From Opitutales bacterium (GTDB lineage Bacteria > Verrucomicrobiota > Verrucomicrobiia > Opitutales > PNEW01), in contig CBDCNV010000001.1 in the NCBI GenBank assembly GCA_965219535.1, forward strand, positions 1,380,001 to 1,412,000: a stretch of 32,000 nt of DNA, in the 5' to 3' direction. Position 1 is the stretch's first letter. Every line of letters begins with the position of its first letter. Positions 15,963-25,252 of this stretch are shown here, one piece after another. The notes under the pieces are model-generated. The model saw only the letters and a list, made by a program, of their open reading frames with translations. It had not been told where the DNA came from and did not search any database. The position numbers and the translations under genes were made by a program.

Positions 15963-17426
15963 ATGAGTGAACAAAATCAAGAGGACACCCATGACCTATA
16001 CGCGGTCAGGTTGAATAAACTGCAAGCGATGCGGGAAGAGGGCTGTGACCCCTTTCACGAAAATTGCGAACAGACGCACACATCAGCCGAAGCGCAGGCT
16101 GTTTATACTGAAGACGAGGATAACAGCCCGGTCGTAAAAGTAGCGGGCCGGATGACGGTATTTCGCCTTATGGGTAAAGCTGCTTTTGTCAAGATACTCG
16201 ATCGTGATGGCCTCATCCAACTGTATTTTAAACGCGACGAAGTAGGGGAGGACGCCTACAAGGCATTCAAGAAGCTTGATCTTGGAGACATAATCGGGGC
16301 GGAAGGTCCATTATTTAAAACGAAGACGGGAGAAATAACGGTACGCGTGCAAAGTTATAAACTAGTGAGTAAAGCCTTACGTCCCTTACCTGAAAAATGG
16401 CACGGTTTGACTGATAATGAACAGGTCTATCGTCAGCGTTATCTCGATCTCATTGTTAATCCGGAATCTCGTGAACGCTTTTTTATGCGCAGTAAGATCA
16501 TCTCCTGTATCCGCCGATTTCTCGATGACCGGGGATTTCTCGAGGTGGAAACACCGATCTTGCAGGCCGAGACCGGAGGGGCAACTGCTCGCCCGTTTGT
16601 TACCCACTTCAATGCATTGGATTGTGACTTTTATCTTCGCATTGCGTTGGAGTTGCATCTCAAGCGTTTATTAGTGGGAGGGTTTGACCGTGTTTATGAA
16701 TTGGGACGCGTCTTTCGCAATGAAGGATTGTCCCGGCGTCACAACCCTGAATTTACGATCCTGGAAGTTTACCAAGCATACTCCGATTACAGGGGCATGA
16801 TGAGTCTTATCCACGATATGGTCCTTAAAATCTGTGGTGATGTTTTAAGGACGACACAATTTGAACGACCGGACGGACAAATTATAGAGTTGAAGGGTGA
16901 ATGGCGTGAAGTGCCCTATAAAGATTTGATTCGAGAACATACGAATGATTCGGATTGGTTTAATCGAAGTAAAGAGGAGATGCTCGCAAAATGTAACGAA
17001 CTTGAGATTGAAGTGAATCCCCAGCTCGAATTATTTGAAATCACGAATAATGTTTTCGAGAAAATAATTGAACCCACGCTTATTCAACCGACATTCGTCA
17101 CTCATTTACCGAAGGAGATTGTTCCGTTGGCTAAGCTGACTCGAGGTGATGAGAGCACGATCGATGTTTTTGAGCTTTGTATTAATGGTCAGGAAATTGT
17201 TCCCGCCTATTCGGAACAGAATGATCCTTTAATGCAGCGTGAAATGTTTGCCTCCCAGGCGGGCGAGGAAATTCAAAACATCGACGAGGACTTTATCACT
17301 GCTTTAGAACACGGAATGCCACCCGCGGGAGGGATGGGCGTGGGTATCGATCGTTTGCTTATCCTGCTATCCGGCGCGCCAAGCATCCGTGACACCATAC
17401 TTTTCCCATCGATGAGACCCGTTTAA
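15963..17426 (+). CDS. lysS: Lysine--tRNA ligase (class II)
   Basis: OB-fold N-domain (VKVAGRMTVFRLMGKAAFVKILD), class II motifs FRNEG and GGMGVGIDRL. ATG at 15963 (MSEQNQ...) is preferred to the TTG at 15915. Confidence 0.95.
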   Translation: MSEQNQEDTHDLYAVRLNKLQAMREEGCDPFHENCEQTHTSAEAQAVYTEDEDNSPVVKVAGRMTVFRLMGKAAFVKILDRDGLIQLYFKRDEVGEDAYKAFKKLDLGDIIGAEGPLFKTKTGEITVRVQSYKLVSKALRPLPEKWHGLTDNEQVYRQRYLDLIVNPESRERFFMRSKIISCIRRFLDDRGFLEVETPILQAETGGATARPFVTHFNALDCDFYLRIALELHLKRLLVGGFDRVYELGRVFRNEGLSRRHNPEFTILEVYQAYSDYRGMMSLIHDMVLKICGDVLRTTQFERPDGQIIELKGEWREVPYKDLIREHTNDSDWFNRSKEEMLAKCNELEIEVNPQLELFEITNNVFEKIIEPTLIQPTFVTHLPKEIVPLAKLTRGDESTIDVFELCINGQEIVPAYSEQNDPLMQREMFASQAGEEIQNIDEDFITALEHGMPPAGGMGVGIDRLLILLSGAPSIRDTILFPSMRPV

Positions 17427-17516
17427 TTATTGGGTAATTTGGAGCTGAGGGGATCAATTTACATTAAGTCTTTTCTACAAGTCATACACGGCTAATCGAA
17501 TAAGCCGGTAACACCA

Positions 17517-18746
17517 ATGCCCTGGTATCTTTATTTAGCGCTCAAGCAGCTTTTCCCTACTGGAAAGCGCGTGTCATTATTTTTTGTCATTGCTGTATGT
17601 GGCGTGATGCTCGGCGTAATGCTTCTCGTTATTGTGCAAAGCGTGATGGGAGGTTTCGGACGAATTTACCGAGACAAAATAATCGAAACTAACGGGCATA
17701 TACGCATCGAATCGGGTGAAGTGATGTATGATTATGAAAATATGCTGAGCTATCTTTCCGAGAGAAACGAAGTAGCTGCGGCTTCGCCCTACGCGCATGG
17801 AGTCGTAATGCTCCAACATAAGGACCGCCCAGCGTTTCCCGCCATACGCAGCATTGATGTCAATCGAGAAAATCCCGTAGTTCCGATTGCCAAATACATT
17901 ATCCTTGGAGGAGTTGACGATCTGGATGATGATTCTGTTCTTTTAAGCTCAAGCCTGGCGACATCCATTGGCGCGGCCCTCCATTCAACGGTGGAGGTTT
18001 ATACCCCGCTTATTATCGACAAGCTGACCGAAGAGGAAGTCCTTCTTCCTCGAGAATTAAAGGTCGTGGGAATTTACGAAACCGGCTGGGAGGAGTTCGA
18101 TAGTAATACAATGATAGCTACCATGCGGTTGATGCAGGAACTTTATAATTTAAGTAGCGGTGTTCATGGAATTGCCGTTCGCCTTAATCCCGGTTTTGAT
18201 GAAGAAAAAGTCGCTTCCACAATCAGGGAAGAAATATTGCCGCCTAATGAGACAATGACATGGCTAGACATGTACGCAGGTTTGCTATGGATATTAAAGC
18301 TCGAGAAAAATATGCAGTTCTTTCTTCTCCTCTTTATCGTCATTGTAGCGGCCTTCGCGATTGCCAATGCACAGCTTCTAACGGTGATCAGAAAAACCCG
18401 TGAGATCGGCTTGCTCGGAGCTCTCGGTGGACAACCGCGTCAACTTATTGCCTGCTATTGCTTCCAGGGATTATTCATCGGAGTTTTAGGGACTCTATTG
18501 GGTATTATCGTCGGTTTGATCGCACTGCATTTTCGCAATGACATCATCCATGGATTCGCGAAATTAACAAATAGTGAAGACTGGCTGATTAAGTTTTATC
18601 AGTTTGCTGAGTTGCCCGTTTATTATACGAGCAGTGATTTTATCGCTATTTCTATCAGCGCCCTCATATTAACCACCCTAGCCGGATTGCTTCCCGCATG
18701 GCACGCGGCGAGGATGAAACCTGCCGAAGCATTGCGCAATGAGTGA
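17517..18746 (+). CDS. LolC/LolE-family lipoprotein-releasing ABC transporter permease (FtsX-like)
   Basis: 409 aa with an N-terminal TM helix, a large periplasmic loop and a C-terminal FtsX-type three-TM bundle. It overlaps the ATPase gene by 8 nt. Confidence 0.85.
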   Translation: MPWYLYLALKQLFPTGKRVSLFFVIAVCGVMLGVMLLVIVQSVMGGFGRIYRDKIIETNGHIRIESGEVMYDYENMLSYLSERNEVAAASPYAHGVVMLQHKDRPAFPAIRSIDVNRENPVVPIAKYIILGGVDDLDDDSVLLSSSLATSIGAALHSTVEVYTPLIIDKLTEEEVLLPRELKVVGIYETGWEEFDSNTMIATMRLMQELYNLSSGVHGIAVRLNPGFDEEKVASTIREEILPPNETMTWLDMYAGLLWILKLEKNMQFFLLLFIVIVAAFAIANAQLLTVIRKTREIGLLGALGGQPRQLIACYCFQGLFIGVLGTLLGIIVGLIALHFRNDIIHGFAKLTNSEDWLIKFYQFAELPVYYTSSDFIAISISALILTTLAGLLPAWHAARMKPAEALRNE

Positions 18747-19425
18747 ACCTTCCACCATATTGAAAGTATCGGAGCTGACGAAATCATTTCGAAGTGGCAA
18801 CCGCTCAATTGAAGTGCTGCGCGGTATTGAAATGAGTATGCGTCAGGGAGAAAGTATCAGTATACGTGGCGATTCGGGCAGCGGGAAGACGACCTTGCTT
18901 AATATAATTGCCGGGTTGGAATATCCCGACAAAGGGAAAATCTTTTGGGGTGAAACCTTATTGAGTCAATTATCGGCTTCATCTCAGGCGAAGCAGCGAG
19001 CGGTCACGATTGGAATGGTCTATCAGGCATTTTACCTTATCCCTGAACTCGACGCATTCGAAAATGTTATGATGGCGTCGCGCATTCTCGGCCTGGCCGG
19101 TCCGAAAGAAAAATCACGTGCGTGTGAATTACTTGAGCGGGTAGGTCTGAAAGAGCGGTTGGACAGTTCTACCCTTAAACTTTCGGGTGGGGAGCGTCAG
19201 CGGGTAGCAGTAGCGCGTGCGTTAATGAATAAACCTTCACTCATTCTTGCGGATGAACCGACTGGTAACTTGGATGAAAATACAGGAAAAGAAATAATTA
19301 ATTTACTGATGGAAATATCTCGCGAGGAAGATGTCAGTCTTATACTTGTGACTCATAATCCCGATTACGCGATGCAGACACAACGTCAATTCCTTCTACA
19401 TTTTGGCGAGTTGCAAGTTCAGTGA
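18739..19425 (+). CDS. lolD: Lipoprotein-releasing system ATP-binding protein
   Basis: Walker A GDSGSGKTT, signature LSGGERQRVAVARAL, Walker B LILADEPTGNLD. Confidence 0.85.
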   Translation: MSEPSTILKVSELTKSFRSGNRSIEVLRGIEMSMRQGESISIRGDSGSGKTTLLNIIAGLEYPDKGKIFWGETLLSQLSASSQAKQRAVTIGMVYQAFYLIPELDAFENVMMASRILGLAGPKEKSRACELLERVGLKERLDSSTLKLSGGERQRVAVARALMNKPSLILADEPTGNLDENTGKEIINLLMEISREEDVSLILVTHNPDYAMQTQRQFLLHFGELQVQ

Positions 19426-19453
19426 ACGAGCACCAGTGGTTTGTTAACAGTGT

Positions 19454-19550
19454 CTCTTCGTCTTCGTCTGCCTCTTCGTCCAAGAATTAGTAATAATATC
19501 TTAAGCAATTATAGGACGAAGACGAAGAGGCAGACGAAGACGAAGATTTT
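19454..19550 (+). terminator. Long imperfect hairpin of the TCTTCGTCTGCCTC arm family followed by TTTT; candidate terminator of lolCD
   Basis: Left arm 19454-19481 and right arm 19514-19546, the latter with a 6-nt CGAAGA bulge; 32-nt AT-rich loop; T4 at 19547-19550. Confidence 0.5.
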
Positions 19551-19644
19551 ATCATTGTCTAAAGAACTTGTGGGTTAATGAAATACTGTAGTTTATTAAT
19601 TGACTGCTTGTCATGAGGCTGAATGTCCGTCTTAAATACCGACG

Positions 19645-20592
19645 ATGGGTAGTGAAAAAAAAATAAAGTGCGGAGTTGTGGGTGTGGGTTATCTGGGCCA
19701 GCATCATGCACGCATTTACCAGGCATTGCCTACTGCAGAATTAGTAGGTGTTTATGATCTGGATGAAGCGCGCGCGGAAAAAATAGCAAAAAAAAATAAA
19801 TGCCCACGCTTTCGTTCACTGGAAGAACTGGGTGAAAGTTGTGATGCTATAAGTGTGGCAGTTCCCACAGATGAACATTGTTCTGTGGCTATACCCTTAT
19901 TACAACTGGGCTGCCATCTGCTTATTGAAAAGCCGCTTTGTTCGGGAATTGAAGAGGCGGAAAGAATATTATCTGCGGCAAAAGAAGCGAACACGATTGT
20001 GCAGGTAGGTCACATTGAACACTTTAATCCAGTTATGGATTTTCTCGAAGAAGCGGTCAATGACCCTAAGTACATCACCGCGGATCGATTGGCGCCCTTT
20101 AATAAACGTGGGACCGAAGTAGGAGTTGTTCTCGATCTCATGATTCATGACATAGGGGTCATACTTGAATTGGTGAAATCACCCGTGGAGAAGGTTGAGA
20201 GCATTGGCGTTAGTGTGTTGTCTTCAACAGAAGATATAGCGAATGCAAGAATTCAGTTTAAAAATGGCTGTGTCGCAAATATCAACACGAGCCGCGTGAG
20301 TAGAAAAAAGGTGCGAGAGATACGTGTCTTTCAACCTAATGTTTATCTCTCACTCGACTTTATGAATCAGAAAGGTCACCTCTTGAGAAAAGAGGAAATG
20401 AAACTGAAAAAAGAGGCGATACCTATAGCCAAGGGTGAACCGCTAATGCTAGAACTGACCTCCTTTGTAAATTGTGTGGCGAGCTATGCGGAACCAAAAG
20501 TCGGCGCCAGTCTGGGTAAATCAGCACTTGAAATAGCTATTTTGATTACTGAGCAGATACAAGCCATGGACACCCTGGGCGAGAAACGTTAA
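19645..20592 (+). CDS. Gfo/Idh/MocA-family NAD-dependent oxidoreductase (possible GnnA-like UDP-GlcNAc 3-dehydrogenase)
   Basis: N-terminal Rossmann motif KCGVVGVGYLGQHH and EKP motif (LIEKPL). Its stop abuts the lpxB ATG (TAAATG). Confidence 0.8.
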   Translation: MGSEKKIKCGVVGVGYLGQHHARIYQALPTAELVGVYDLDEARAEKIAKKNKCPRFRSLEELGESCDAISVAVPTDEHCSVAIPLLQLGCHLLIEKPLCSGIEEAERILSAAKEANTIVQVGHIEHFNPVMDFLEEAVNDPKYITADRLAPFNKRGTEVGVVLDLMIHDIGVILELVKSPVEKVESIGVSVLSSTEDIANARIQFKNGCVANINTSRVSRKKVREIRVFQPNVYLSLDFMNQKGHLLRKEEMKLKKEAIPIAKGEPLMLELTSFVNCVASYAEPKVGASLGKSALEIAILITEQIQAMDTLGEKR

Positions 20593-21774
20593 ATGCCTGA
20601 GCAGGCCGCATTAACTTTGGGATTGCCACCGCCGGAGGGTGGTCAACCGGATCTGCTGATCATTGCCGGGGAGCACTCCGGTGATCAACACGCAGCCTTG
20701 ATCGTTGCGGATCTTAAAGCACAATTTCCTGATCTCAACATTGCCGCTCTGGGTGGCGAAAAACTGCAACAGGCAGGCGCGCAATTACTATTTGATTTTA
20801 CAGCTCACTCGGTGGTTGGATTTGTTGAAGTGGTGAAAAGCTATGCTTTTTTCAAGGAGTTTTTCGAATTAATCATTAAATGGATAAATACCTATAATCC
20901 ACGTCACCTCTGTCTCGTAGACTATCCCGGATTTAATCTGCGTTTAGCTGAACGGCTTTTCCAGAAGAGGATCAGTCGTAAGGGAGGTGGAGCAATGGGC
21001 GTTCACTACTACATAAGTCCCCAGATATGGGCTTGGAAAGCGGTGCGCCGATTTAAAATGGAACGTTGGCTCGACAGTCTTGGAGTGATTTTTCCTTTTG
21101 AAGTTGATACTTACAAGGACACTACATTACCTGTTACATTTGTCGGCCATCCTTTTGTCTCAACTGATTATCAACTCCCGGTAACCTTTCGTCCAGATGC
21201 TCCAATTTTATTGTTACCGGGGAGTAGACGCATCGCGGTATCCCGAATACTTCCATCGATGATTGGGGCTTTTAAATTAATGTTGAAGCAGCGGCCTGAC
21301 GAACGCGCGACGATTATCTACCCGGATGATAAAATACGTGGCGTTATCGATGCTATACTCGCGAAGGATAAGGAGGTATCGGGTAGAATAGATCTACAAT
21401 TGATTGGGCAATCGGTGAATGGGAAAGCAGCACTGACAAGCTCTGGTACCATTTCACTCGCTTGTGGGCTAGCGGGAATACCCGGAGCTATTGTTTACCG
21501 GGCGCATCCACTTACCTATTGGTTTGCCAGGTACCTGATACAGGTTCCGTATCTTGGTATTGCCAATCTTTTGCTTAAGAAAACTTTTTATAATGAATAT
21601 ATTCAATGGCGTGCAAAGCCATCTCTTCTGGTCAAGGAATTAGAAGGGGCGATTGATTCAAAAGAGAGAATTAGCAACGCAGAATCGGTCGCTCTCCAGT
21701 TGAGAGATATTTTAAGGAGTAAGAGCAGTATTTCTGCCGCTACCTGGTTGGCTGAACAGATTAGATCGTCTTAG
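20593..21774 (+). CDS. lpxB: Lipid-A-disaccharide synthase
   Basis: N-terminal IIAGEHSGDQHAA, DYPGFNLRLA, LLPGSR and SGTISLACGLAGIP, which are typical LpxB motifs. Confidence 0.9.
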   Translation: MPEQAALTLGLPPPEGGQPDLLIIAGEHSGDQHAALIVADLKAQFPDLNIAALGGEKLQQAGAQLLFDFTAHSVVGFVEVVKSYAFFKEFFELIIKWINTYNPRHLCLVDYPGFNLRLAERLFQKRISRKGGGAMGVHYYISPQIWAWKAVRRFKMERWLDSLGVIFPFEVDTYKDTTLPVTFVGHPFVSTDYQLPVTFRPDAPILLLPGSRRIAVSRILPSMIGAFKLMLKQRPDERATIIYPDDKIRGVIDAILAKDKEVSGRIDLQLIGQSVNGKAALTSSGTISLACGLAGIPGAIVYRAHPLTYWFARYLIQVPYLGIANLLLKKTFYNEYIQWRAKPSLLVKELEGAIDSKERISNAESVALQLRDILRSKSSISAATWLAEQIRSS

Positions 21775-22814
21775 TGAGTGATTTCGTTGTGATCGAGACC
21801 ACTCCACAATCGCGCAGCTCTCTCCTGGAGTATCTGACGACAGCGGTCAATTTCAGCGATACGCGAATTTAAATTTTCATTCGCGATTTTGGCTAGATCA
21901 TCGAGATTATAGAGGAAGACATTTGGAATATCTGATACCTGCGATGCGATATCACGCGGTACCGCCAGATCGATAAAAAACATGGGCTGATTGGGGCGCT
22001 CATGTATGGTCGCTTTAATCATCGATGAAGAAATAATAATCTCCGGTGAAGCGGTTGAGCAGATAATGATATCGAATTTAGAAAGTGCGTCAGGGAAGTC
22101 TTTAAATGCTATCGCCTGCCCCGCTATTTTTTTTGCCAGTGTTTTAGCATTATCATAAGTTCGGCTGGAAACAGAAATAGAGTGGGCACCACGACTTTTT
22201 AAAGCTTTTACAGTTTTCTCACCCACCTCGCCGGTGCCAATTACTAATATGCGGCTAGACGTGAGTTTACCGAAAATGCGCAAGGCTAAATCAACAGCCA
22301 CACTTCCTATACTTATTTGCCCTTTGCCAATCGTGGTGTTGCTTCGCACCCATTTAGTAGATTGAAAGCATTTCTGAAATACTCTGTGCAAGACTGGGCC
22401 AACTGAAGCCATTTCTGCCGCGGTTTGGTATGAACTTTTTACCTGTCCGGTAATTTCAGTTTCCCCCACCATCTGCGAGTCAATTCCTGAGCTTACTTCG
22501 AACAAATGGTTTACTACATCGAGCCCCGACTTCCAGAAACTGAACTTATGTAAGTGATCAATTTCAAAATTATGAAAATTGAAAAAATGGTCTTCAACCA
22601 CCGCTTTAATTTCAGGTTTCAATGATATCAGATAAAGTTCAATACGGTTACAGGTATTAAGAACAAGGCATTCTTCAAGTGATTCTATTTCGCGTAACCC
22701 GCTATAAAGAGAAGCGACCCTATCAGCACTGATTGCAAACTGCTCTCTGATCTCGAGCGGAGCGGTGCGGTGGGTGCTGGCGAAAAGCAAAAGTTCTTTC
22801 TGAGTTTTGCTCAT
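21771..22814 (-). CDS. hemA: Glutamyl-tRNA reductase (short, 347 aa)
   Basis: Catalytic LNTCNRIELY motif and NADPH-binding ILVIGTGEVGEK. The C-terminus is short relative to ~420-aa enterobacterial HemA. Confidence 0.9.
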   Translation of the reverse strand: MSKTQKELLLFASTHRTAPLEIREQFAISADRVASLYSGLREIESLEECLVLNTCNRIELYLISLKPEIKAVVEDHFFNFHNFEIDHLHKFSFWKSGLDVVNHLFEVSSGIDSQMVGETEITGQVKSSYQTAAEMASVGPVLHRVFQKCFQSTKWVRSNTTIGKGQISIGSVAVDLALRIFGKLTSSRILVIGTGEVGEKTVKALKSRGAHSISVSSRTYDNAKTLAKKIAGQAIAFKDFPDALSKFDIIICSTASPEIIISSSMIKATIHERPNQPMFFIDLAVPRDIASQVSDIPNVFLYNLDDLAKIANENLNSRIAEIDRCRQILQERAARLWSGLDHNEITH

Positions 22815-22819
22815 TTTAG

Positions 22820-23668
22820 TTATGGGCCCTGCTCAGAGGGTTGCTCATCAACGACTGATCGGCTCGCATCTATTGGCCAAAGGGTAAGGAGGGAGGCGGT
22901 AAAAAGGACGACACATGTCCACGAAAATTTTATGCCGATCAGATAATTTAACAGGCGCAGGATCAATACGAGGAGGTATGCCAACCAAAGTGCTAAGGCG
23001 AAGATGAGTTTGGCATTTTGTATCTGGCTGAAATCGTCGACCCATTTTACCATGCCGACGGAAATGGCGAAAGTGAACACTACCACTCCCATAAAAAGGA
23101 GACGCTTATTCATCTTATCCAATTGCAGGATAGAGGGGAGGAAGCTAACCATTCCCTTAGATCGTTTTTGCTTGAGGCCATAATTCTGGACGAGATACAT
23201 GGCCGAAGTCAGGGCAAGAGTGGCGAAAACACCGTAGCTGAAAAGAGCCATTGAAGCGTGGGTTTCTATCCAGGGATTGATCCCATAGGGTCCAGTTTCG
23301 TAAGCGCGGTCCCATTCCGGTATGAGGAGTGAAAGAATGCCCAGCCCCGCTGCCAGTCCAGCGCTGAAAAATCCAAGTAAGCTCATGCGGAAAGCCGGTC
23401 CGATAACGAGATAGAGAAGGATGGCAGTCCAGGTGATAAATTGTATGATTTCAAAGGGGTTCCCCAGTGGGCAACTGCTTGTTTTTAACCCGCGTTCGTA
23501 AAGACCCAGGGTTTGAAATAAAAAACCGACGATAACGAGAGTGAGAAGAATTAAGCGCGGGTATCGTTTTGATTGTGAGAGCGAATAAAACCCAAAAACA
23601 AAAGCAACGAGGTAGAGCAGCGCTGCGGTCCAAATAAATATCCGTTCATCTGAAATGAAACTATACAT
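22820..23668 (-). CDS. Cytochrome c assembly (CcsA/HemX-like) family integral membrane protein
   Basis: 282 aa, about 8 TM segments, immediately upstream of hemA as in hemAX arrangements. The family assignment comes from context and topology. Confidence 0.55.
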   Translation of the reverse strand: MYSFISDERIFIWTAALLYLVAFVFGFYSLSQSKRYPRLILLTLVIVGFLFQTLGLYERGLKTSSCPLGNPFEIIQFITWTAILLYLVIGPAFRMSLLGFFSAGLAAGLGILSLLIPEWDRAYETGPYGINPWIETHASMALFSYGVFATLALTSAMYLVQNYGLKQKRSKGMVSFLPSILQLDKMNKRLLFMGVVVFTFAISVGMVKWVDDFSQIQNAKLIFALALWLAYLLVLILRLLNYLIGIKFSWTCVVLFTASLLTLWPIDASRSVVDEQPSEQGP

Positions 23669-23728
23669 AATCCTGGCAATGTTCTTGTCGGTGATTAAAT
23701 CGATTGTGAATGACTGTATTAAGCAATA

Positions 23729-24748
23729 TCATTCTTTGCTCTGATTATACCAACCGTTAATTTTATTCGCTAAAAAATCAATAAATGCCGGGTAATCATT
23801 CAGACAGGGAATAATTTCTAAATCTTCACCCCCTGATTCCAGGAAAAGCTTTTTACCTTCAATCGCAATTTCTTCAAGCGTTTCCAGGCAATCGGCAACG
23901 AAAGCGGGGCATAGAATGAGGATCCTTTTTGCACCCGAATGCGCCAAATGGACAATCGTTTCATCAGTAAAAGGTTGCAACCAGGGGTCTCGACCAAGCC
24001 GCGATTGAAAAGTGAGGCAGTATTTATCTTCAGGTATGTGCGTTTTATTAACGAATGATTCTACAGTTTTAAAGCATTGATGACGATAACAGGTCGCATG
24101 TGCCGGATTACTGCGCACGCAACAATCTGGAGTACTCAAGCAGTGGGTGTTAGAGGGGTCCGCCTTACGAATATGGCGTTCAGGCAAACCGTGAAAACTG
24201 AATATAATTTTGTCGTAATCTTTTTTTAAATAAGGTTCGGCATTTTGTATGAGGGCATTGATATACTCCGGGTCACTGTAAAAGGGGGGGAGCAGGGTAG
24301 TGCGTATAGTGCCATGCTTTTCAATTTCCTCCTTCACTTTAACGGCGACAGTTTCATAGCTCGACATCGCGTATTGGGGATAGAGTGGCATCACATAGAT
24401 ATCATCCACCTTTTGCTCCACAAGCTCCGCAATGACATTGGCAATTGCAGGTCGGCCATAACGCATGGCTAAAGCAACTGGAATCTCAACTTTTTTCTTC
24501 AGAGAATCCCTTTGCTGATTACTGATAACTATAAGCGGGGACCCATCGGAGCGCCATACCTTTCGGTACGCTTTTGCTGTTCGTTGGGGTCGGAACGGGA
24601 GAATAAAGAAGTTTACGATCAATGATCGGAAAGGAGAATCAATGACGCGTGGATCAGTGAGAAACTCTTTTAGATAGCGTCTCACGTCAGCAACTTTCGT
24701 TGAATCAGGTGATCCAAGGTTAAGCAACAATGCGGCTTTTTTAGACAT
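23729..24748 (-). CDS. hemH: Ferrochelatase with an internal Cys-rich insert
   Basis: LLNLGSP, FSFHGLPERH and the C-terminal region are conserved. The insert reads CLSTPDCCVRSNPAHATCYRHQC. Confidence 0.9.
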   Translation of the reverse strand: MSKKAALLLNLGSPDSTKVADVRRYLKEFLTDPRVIDSPFRSLIVNFFILPFRPQRTAKAYRKVWRSDGSPLIVISNQQRDSLKKKVEIPVALAMRYGRPAIANVIAELVEQKVDDIYVMPLYPQYAMSSYETVAVKVKEEIEKHGTIRTTLLPPFYSDPEYINALIQNAEPYLKKDYDKIIFSFHGLPERHIRKADPSNTHCLSTPDCCVRSNPAHATCYRHQCFKTVESFVNKTHIPEDKYCLTFQSRLGRDPWLQPFTDETIVHLAHSGAKRILILCPAFVADCLETLEEIAIEGKKLFLESGGEDLEIIPCLNDYPAFIDFLANKINGWYNQSKE

Positions 24749-25099
24749 AAAAAATTAGCTATAGCTATTTTGACATAAAATCATTTCCCAACAATCTTAT
24801 AAAAAAGGGATAAAAACTATAACAGGTAAAAACTGACATTGCTCAGCATGAGAAGTCAAGATCAGCATATCCCCATCAATCAATAGTGTTAAATCTATAC
24901 GGGCACAGAAAACATTAATTCCTGTCTAATAATATTAACCCAAAGACTTGATTCAATCAGCTTTAAAAAATATGAACAATAAAAGAGGAAAAAGAATAAC
25001 TCGTTTATTGGAGGCCATTAGGCTACACTTTTCTGCTTTTATAAATACGAGAACACAAAGTTGCGAGAGGGAGACAGGTAGAATAATATTCTGTTCTTC

Positions 25100-25228
25100 A
25101 TGCGATTAAATATGCGAGGAAATTTTCATCATTGGATTGTCCCCACGGCGTTAGCTTTTTTGGGCCTATTAATAATATCCGGAATTGGGCTGCTATTATT
25201 AAATGAGAATGAAGTTGCTACCGATTAA
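25100..25228 (+). CDS. 42-codon signal-anchor ORF, in frame with the downstream S8 peptidase and cut off from it by a TAA
   Basis: MRLNMRGNFHHWIVPTALAFLGLLIISGIGLLLLNENEVATD*. TAA is at 25226-25228 and 25253-25100 = 153 nt, so the frame is the same. No stop lies between the TAA and the GTG at 25253. Confidence 0.45.
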   Translation: MRLNMRGNFHHWIVPTALAFLGLLIISGIGLLLLNENEVATD

Positions 25229-25252
25229 GCCAGCGCAGCGAACGGTGCTTTT

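Noticed and set aside
24284-24290. G7/C7 homopolymer inside hemH as a phase-variation switch
   Set aside because: It encodes the conserved LLPPFY segment in frame in an essential-pathway gene. There is no evidence of slippage.
24756-24767. 12-bp perfect palindrome TAGCTATAGCTA 8 nt upstream of the hemH start as a Fur/Irr-type operator
   Set aside because: It is too short, is unlike known Fur-box consensus, and chance occurrence in AT-rich DNA is plausible.
24972-25109. 45-codon basic ORF (MNNKRGKRITRLLEAIRL...) upstream of the peptidase
   Set aside because: It has no recognisable motif or RBS and overlaps the start of the signal-anchor ORF in another frame. The evidence is insufficient to call it.
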